This document shows, piece by piece, positions 58,993-64,000 of a stretch of DNA of 64,000 nucleotides. Each line of letters starts with the position of its first letter. The first letter of the stretch is position 1. The stretch is from Beijerinckiaceae bacterium (GTDB lineage Bacteria > Pseudomonadota > Alphaproteobacteria > Rhizobiales > Beijerinckiaceae). Under the pieces are notes generated by a model. It saw only the letters and a list, made by a program, of their open reading frames with translations, did not search any database and was not told the DNA's origin. Both the position numbers and the translations under genes were made by a program. The DNA is taken from contig WSYC01000012.1 in NCBI GenBank assembly GCA_009773635.1, positions 114,030 through 178,029 on the forward strand. Reading direction: 5' to 3'.

Positions 58993-59853
58993 ATGTCTGT
59001 GCGCTTCCTTATCATTGAAGGCAATATCCGCGATGTCCGCGAGAGCTATCGCGCCGGCACTGGCGTCTCACCGGCGGAAGGTTATGGCAACGTCCTTCTG
59101 GGCATCGCCGGCGGCGGCAGCTACGATATTCTCAATGCGACCGACGCGGATGCGAGCCTGCCCAAGGGCAAGATGTTCAAGGATTACGACGCTGTCGTCA
59201 TCACCGGCTCGGCGCTGAACCTGTGGAAACAGGAACCGGAATCGATGCGGCAGGTCGAGGTTGCCCGCGCGGTCTACCGTGCCAATGTGCCCTTCTTTGG
59301 CTCGTGCTGGGGGCTTCAGGTCGCCGCTGTCGCAGCGGGGGGCGACGTGCAGCCGAACCCGCGCGGGCGCGAAATGGGGTTCGCGCGCCGGATCACACCG
59401 CTGGCGGCAGGGCTCAAGCATCCGCTGCTGGCCGGGCGGCCGGTCTCGTTCGATGCGCCCTGCTCACACCTCGATGAGGTCTCGACGCTGCCACCGGATG
59501 CGACCCTGCTGGCATCCAATGCCGTTTCGCAGGTTCAGGCCGCCGAATTCCGCTTTGAGGGCGGCACCTTCTGGGGCGTGCAATACCACCCGGAATATTC
59601 CTTCGCCGAACTCGCCTTCCTGATCGATCGTCGCATGGGCGCGCTGATGAACGAGGGGTTCTTCGCGAATGAGGCCGAGAAGAACAGCTATGTCGCCGAC
59701 CTCATGGCTGTTGGCGCGAACCCGTCCCTCAACCACATCGCCTGGCGCTACGCGCTCGGACCGGATCTGCTCGACGCGGACCAGCGGGTGACGGAACTGA
59801 GGAATTTCATTGAAATACGGGTGAAGCCACACGCATTTTCGCGCGCCGCCTGA
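58993..59853 (+). CDS. Class I glutamine amidotransferase-like protein
   Basis: VITGS, nucleophile motif PFFGSCWGLQ, SH.DEV, GVQYHPE. Confidence 0.9.
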   Translation: MSVRFLIIEGNIRDVRESYRAGTGVSPAEGYGNVLLGIAGGGSYDILNATDADASLPKGKMFKDYDAVVITGSALNLWKQEPESMRQVEVARAVYRANVPFFGSCWGLQVAAVAAGGDVQPNPRGREMGFARRITPLAAGLKHPLLAGRPVSFDAPCSHLDEVSTLPPDATLLASNAVSQVQAAEFRFEGGTFWGVQYHPEYSFAELAFLIDRRMGALMNEGFFANEAEKNSYVADLMAVGANPSLNHIAWRYALGPDLLDADQRVTELRNFIEIRVKPHAFSRAA

Positions 59854-59932
59854 ATTCCACCGCGAAGCCGCCACACCTTCGCCCGGCCCCGGCGATGCTT
59901 TCCCGCATTGCATTTTTCATGGGAGCGATGAC

Positions 59933-61627
59933 ATGTTTCATACGGCGATACCGGCACGACAGATTTTGAACTGCAGCTTGGCCGCGGCCACCTTGATGGC
60001 CTCCTGCTCGCTGATAGCGGTCACGGTTGCCAGCGCTGCGACGCTGGATGGGGCATCCCGGGTTTCTGACGTAACGCTCTACCCGGACGCTGCCATCGTG
60101 AAGCGCCAGCTCATGCTCGATGTGCCTGCCGGCGACCATGAAATCCTGATCCCGGATCTGCCGGCCTCGCTCGACCCCGCATCGCTGCGGGTCGAGGGCA
60201 GTGCCACCGACCGGGTCGTGATCGGCACGGTTGATTTCAAACTCCGTGCGAACATCCCCGACGCAGACAAGACCGCCAACCAGCGCAAGGTGAAAGCGCT
60301 CAAGACGGAGCGCGACCGTGTGACCGACAAGGTCGACGCCGCCGAGAACCGCAAGGCCATGATCCAGCGCCTCGCGCAGCACGGGGGCAGTGGTGAGGGC
60401 AAGGATGCCAGACTTGATCTTGAGCAGTGGACGAGGGCCTTCGAACTCGTTGGCAAGAACCTGCAGGCGATCAACGATGAGTTGCGAGGCCTTCGCCTCG
60501 AAATCGAGCGGATCGATGCCGAGATCGGCGCGCTCGAGGGCCCGCCGGGCCGCATTGTCCTGCCCGGAAAGGATAGCCTGCGCATTGCCACGATCGGCGT
60601 TGAAGCCGGCGCGGCAACCAAACTGTCGCTGACCATCAGCTATCGCGTCAACGGTGCCGGCTGGCGGCCGATCTACGATGCGCGGCTCGATACGCGCGGT
60701 GCGGCGCCAAAGCTCGAGATGACCCGCCGCGCCATGATCCGCCAGAATTCGGGTGAGGACTGGAACGAGGCCAAATTGACGCTCTCCACCCTCTCGGTAT
60801 CGCGCGGCACGGCCGCACCACACCTGCGCGGCGAGAAGGTTGCGTTTTATGAACGACCGGTCGCGCGGCCGATGTCCATGAACCGCATGGCAGCACCGTC
60901 TGCGGAGATGGTCGCAAGCCAGATCGACGCAAAGCAGGATACTCCCGCCGCGCCGAAACCGATCGAGGAAGCGCAGGCGCAGATGGAGACCGGCGTCTAC
61001 CAGACCGAGTTCCTGGTGCCCGGCAAGATCACCCTGACATCCGGCGGAGCCGAAAAAAGCGTACGCCTTGGCAGCGAGAAGCCCGATCCGAAGATCATCC
61101 TGCGCGCTGCTCCGGTCATCGATCCCACCGCCTTCCTCGAAGCGAGCTTCGAGCAATCCGGCGAAGCGCCCCTGCTGCCGGGCGAGGTGCTGCTCAGCCG
61201 GGATGGGGCCTATATCGGACGTGGCCGACTGCCGCTGGTCGCGCCGGGCGACACCGCCAAGCTCGGCTTCGGCTCGGATGACCGTGTGAAGATCGCCCGC
61301 GTCCCCGTGGGCCGGAAGCTGCGCGAGCCCGGTTTCCTCAGCTCCAACAAGAGCGACAAGTTCGAGTTCAAGACCACCGTGAAAAACCTGCACGGCTTCC
61401 CGGTCAATATCATCATTGAGGATCGCATCCCCGTCAGCGAGGATCAGGCGATTACGGTCGAGCGCCTGCCGGAGCTGACCAAGCCGGATGCCGAGGCTCC
61501 CGATGACCGGCGCGGCATCATCGTCTGGACGCCGACACTCAAGCCGCAGGAAGAAAAGGCCTTTATCACGGCCTACCGAATCCGTTGGCCGGCCTCCCGC
61601 GAAACCCGTGTGACGCCCCTGCCCTGA
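59933..61627 (+). CDS. DUF4140/DUF4139 (MuiA-like, TIGR02231-like) secreted protein
   Basis: Signal peptide, V..VTLYPD.A.V.R, SY.V..A.W.P.YDAR, I.Q..GEDW....LTLST. Confidence 0.88.
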   Translation: MFHTAIPARQILNCSLAAATLMASCSLIAVTVASAATLDGASRVSDVTLYPDAAIVKRQLMLDVPAGDHEILIPDLPASLDPASLRVEGSATDRVVIGTVDFKLRANIPDADKTANQRKVKALKTERDRVTDKVDAAENRKAMIQRLAQHGGSGEGKDARLDLEQWTRAFELVGKNLQAINDELRGLRLEIERIDAEIGALEGPPGRIVLPGKDSLRIATIGVEAGAATKLSLTISYRVNGAGWRPIYDARLDTRGAAPKLEMTRRAMIRQNSGEDWNEAKLTLSTLSVSRGTAAPHLRGEKVAFYERPVARPMSMNRMAAPSAEMVASQIDAKQDTPAAPKPIEEAQAQMETGVYQTEFLVPGKITLTSGGAEKSVRLGSEKPDPKIILRAAPVIDPTAFLEASFEQSGEAPLLPGEVLLSRDGAYIGRGRLPLVAPGDTAKLGFGSDDRVKIARVPVGRKLREPGFLSSNKSDKFEFKTTVKNLHGFPVNIIIEDRIPVSEDQAITVERLPELTKPDAEAPDDRRGIIVWTPTLKPQEEKAFITAYRIRWPASRETRVTPLP

Positions 61628-61673
61628 CCTCCCTACCACCGGTTGCGCATGGTAAAAAAGGCGCAATCCCCGG

Positions 61674-61695
61674 AAAGCGGGAGTCTTCCCGCTTT
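61674..61695 (+). terminator. Terminator-like hairpin after the DUF4139 gene
   Basis: aaagcggga-gtct-tcccgcttt. Confidence 0.6.
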
Positions 61696-61790
61696 ACCCT
61701 GCGATGCCCTTTCGTTATCCCGGTCTTTTAAGGACGGGTGTGATGGCCGGATTTCGGGCCATGCACCCCAGCAAGCGGGATTGAGAACCG

Positions 61791-63083
61791 ATGGCCAATG
61801 TGGTCGTGGTCGGCGCCCAGTGGGGCGACGAAGGCAAGGGCAAGATCGTCGACTGGCTCTCGGAGCAGGCCGATATCGTGGTGCGCTATCAGGGCGGGCA
61901 CAACGCCGGGCATACGCTGGTGATCGACAGCGTGGTCTACAAGCTCAGCCTGCTGCCCTCCGGCATCGTACGCGGCGGTAAATTGTCCGTCATCGGTAAC
62001 GGCGTCGTCGTTGACCCCTTCCATCTCATCGAGGAAATCGAGAAGCTCCGCAGCCAGGGCGTCGTTATCACGCCGAAGGAGCTGAAGCTGGCGGATAACG
62101 CCTGCCTGATCCTGCCGTTGCACCGCGAACTCGACGCCTTCCGTGAAGGTTCGAACAGCGGCACCAAAATCGGCACCACCAAGCGCGGCATCGGCCCCGC
62201 CTACGAGGATAAGGTCGGCCGCCGCGCGATCCGCGTGCGCGATCTCGCCGAACCCGAAGCACTCGGCCCGAAGGTCGATCGCATGCTGGCGCATCACAAC
62301 GCGCTCCGGCGCGGCATGGGCCTCGAGGAGGTCAACGCCGGCGCGCTGCTCGCGCTGCTCCGCGACGTCGCACCGAAAATCCTGCCCTATATGGACCGCG
62401 TCTGGGACACGCTGGATCACGCCCGCCGCGAGGGCAAGCGCATCCTGTTCGAGGGTGCGCAGGGCGCTTTGCTGGATGTCGATCACGGTACCTACCCCTA
62501 CGTCACCTCGTCGAACACCGTTTCCGGTCAGGCCTCGACCGGCTCCGGCCTCGGCCCCGGCGCGATCGGTTTCGTGCTCGGCATCGTCAAGGCCTACACC
62601 ACCCGTGTCGGCGAAGGCCCGTTCCCATCCGAACTCTTCGATGAGATCGGCCGCAAGATCGGCGAGAACGGCCGCGAATTCGGCACCGTCACCGGGCGCC
62701 CGCGGCGCTGCGGCTGGTTCGATGCCGTGCTGGTGCGCCAGACGATCAAGACCTCCGGCATCGATGGTATCGCGCTGACCAAACTCGATATTCTCGACGG
62801 TTTCAGCGAGATCAAGGTCTGCGTCGGCTACCAGCTCGACGGGCATATGATCGATTACCTGCCCGCCAGCGAAAGCGCGCAGAAGCGCCTTGAACCGGTC
62901 TACGAAACCATCCCCGGGTGGGCCGGCTCCACCGCCGGCGGACGCAGCTGGGCGGATCTTCCCGCAGAGGCGATCAAATACGTCCGCCGCATCGAGGAGT
63001 TGATCGGCGCGCCTGTCGCCCTGCTTTCGACCAGCCCGGAACGGGATGACACCATCCTCGTCAAAAACCCCTTCGAGGTCTGA
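61791..63083 (+). CDS. purA: Adenylosuccinate synthetase
   Basis: [49 protein letters not shown]. Confidence 0.99.
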   Translation: MANVVVVGAQWGDEGKGKIVDWLSEQADIVVRYQGGHNAGHTLVIDSVVYKLSLLPSGIVRGGKLSVIGNGVVVDPFHLIEEIEKLRSQGVVITPKELKLADNACLILPLHRELDAFREGSNSGTKIGTTKRGIGPAYEDKVGRRAIRVRDLAEPEALGPKVDRMLAHHNALRRGMGLEEVNAGALLALLRDVAPKILPYMDRVWDTLDHARREGKRILFEGAQGALLDVDHGTYPYVTSSNTVSGQASTGSGLGPGAIGFVLGIVKAYTTRVGEGPFPSELFDEIGRKIGENGREFGTVTGRPRRCGWFDAVLVRQTIKTSGIDGIALTKLDILDGFSEIKVCVGYQLDGHMIDYLPASESAQKRLEPVYETIPGWAGSTAGGRSWADLPAEAIKYVRRIEELIGAPVALLSTSPERDDTILVKNPFEV

Positions 63084-63086
63084 CCG

Positions 63087-63134
63087 GAGCATTCCCAAGC
63101 GAAGGAAAAGCCGCTTCGCGTGAAGAGAATGCGA
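63087..63134 (+). repeat. CIR/RIME-like intergenic repeat (second copy)
   Basis: gagcattcccaagcgaag...ccgcttcgcgtgaagagaatgcga, related to 36329-36397. Confidence 0.65.
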
Positions 63135-63150
63135 GCACATTAGGATAGCC

Positions 63151-64000
63151 ATGGCGGACTACTACCCCCTTCTCAGCCGCGCGATCGCGGGGCTTGCCGG
63201 CAGACCGGAAAGCGACCGTCACGCCATTTATGGCCGGGCGCGCGAGGCGCTGGAACGGCAGCTTCGGGGATTCGAGCCTCCGCTGGGCGACGAGGCCATC
63301 CGCGCCGAACTTGCGGCCCTCGAAGAGACGATCGCGCGCATTGAGGATGAGCAGAACGGGCGCTCCGCCGAAGCGTTGCCGACCGCGCCTCCAGCTCCAT
63401 CCGAACCCAAGATTGAAGCAAAATTCAAGACTGAGCCTGAATCCGAGATCAAGCCGGATTCCGGGGCTGAATCGGGGTCAAGAACCGAGTTGAAACCCTC
63501 CGCTGCCCCTGATGCGGCGGCCCGGATCGATGAATCCATCCCGCCGGTTACGCCCGCCGCGCGCATCACCGGCCCGAGCCCGTTCAAGGCCAGCCGCCCG
63601 ACGGTCAACGACCTTCCTCCCCCTCAGTCTGCACCGGTTCCTCCGACGCCCACGCCTGAGGCTCTGAGTGAGGCGGAGCCGGATGCTCCGGTCCGGGATG
63701 GCGATCTCGCCAGTGCATCGGGCATGCCCGGAACTGCCCCCGAGCCGATGGCGGACGCATCGATGGATGACGTCACGATCCAGCCGATGCTGCGCCCGCG
63801 CATGCCCACGCGGCGAGCCGGTGAAACCGACACCCGGAAAAAGCCGCTCGCGCTGTTCGCCGGCATCGCGATCGTTGCCATGGCCGTCATGGGATTGATC
63901 GCCCTTTCCCGGCGTGATGGCCCGGATCTGGCAAAAACACCCCCGATCATCACGGCACCGGAATCAAACCCGGATGCCTCGAAGACCGAAGGCCGTCTTG
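63151..64000 (+). CDS. Conserved Rhizobiales membrane protein, partial (runs off the right edge)
   Basis: Not in the ORF track. ATG at 63151 gives MADYYPLLSRAIAGL...R.AIY.RAR.AL..QL, then a long Pro/Glu-rich linker and a TM helix (KPLALFAGIAIVAMAVMGLIAL) at about 63841-63910. Confidence 0.8.
   Translation, partial: MADYYPLLSRAIAGLAGRPESDRHAIYGRAREALERQLRGFEPPLGDEAIRAELAALEETIARIEDEQNGRSAEALPTAPPAPSEPKIEAKFKTEPESEIKPDSGAESGSRTELKPSAAPDAAARIDESIPPVTPAARITGPSPFKASRPTVNDLPPPQSAPVPPTPTPEALSEAEPDAPVRDGDLASASGMPGTAPEPMADASMDDVTIQPMLRPRMPTRRAGETDTRKKPLALFAGIAIVAMAVMGLIALSRRDGPDLAKTPPIITAPESNPDASKTEGRL

Noticed and set aside
1-64000. tRNA, rRNA, integrase, transposase or prophage genes
   Set aside because: No cloverleaf, rRNA motif or recombinase signature was seen on either strand.

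Overview
High-GC alphaproteobacterial chromosome segment, with gene content and order typical of Hyphomicrobiales (Rhizobiales). It is mostly core housekeeping: a partial L,D-transpeptidase, a TacA-like sigma54 activator, pepF, an ABC1 kinase, the pnt transhydrogenase operon, rpsU, purK/purE, tkt-gap-pgk-fba, suhB, a MotA/MotB-like pair, rpmE, rcdA, trcR, prpE, zapA-6S RNA, ymdB-yebC-ruvCAB, ybgC-tolQRAB-pal-cpoB-tilS-ftsH-glmM, an outer-membrane beta-barrel, serC-serA and purA. No rRNA, tRNA, CRISPR array, prophage or transposase was seen. Several signals are not explained by this backbone. (1) A stand-alone secreted protein is built from 14-aa His/Met-containing tandem repeats and has a three-hairpin leader (15195-15642). 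(2) A candidate ~100-nt sRNA upstream of rcdA has a perfect CtrA box, an anti-Shine-Dalgarno loop and a terminator. (3) A 33-codon relic of the queC 3' end sits directly before an intact VUT (preQ0/preQ1 salvage) transporter gene. (4) tilS lacks its catalytic core through an internal deletion plus frameshift. (5) The C-terminal domain of tolA is a low-GC patch. (6) There is an orphan PIN/VapC gene with an acidic tail, an orphan Pho-box-preceded phnD and a low-GC ORFan inside the pgk-fba operon. (7) Two families of palindromic intergenic repeats and a 14-bp tandem triplication over the rpsU stop codon are present. Family assignments come from motif recognition and recalled knowledge; no database search was run.
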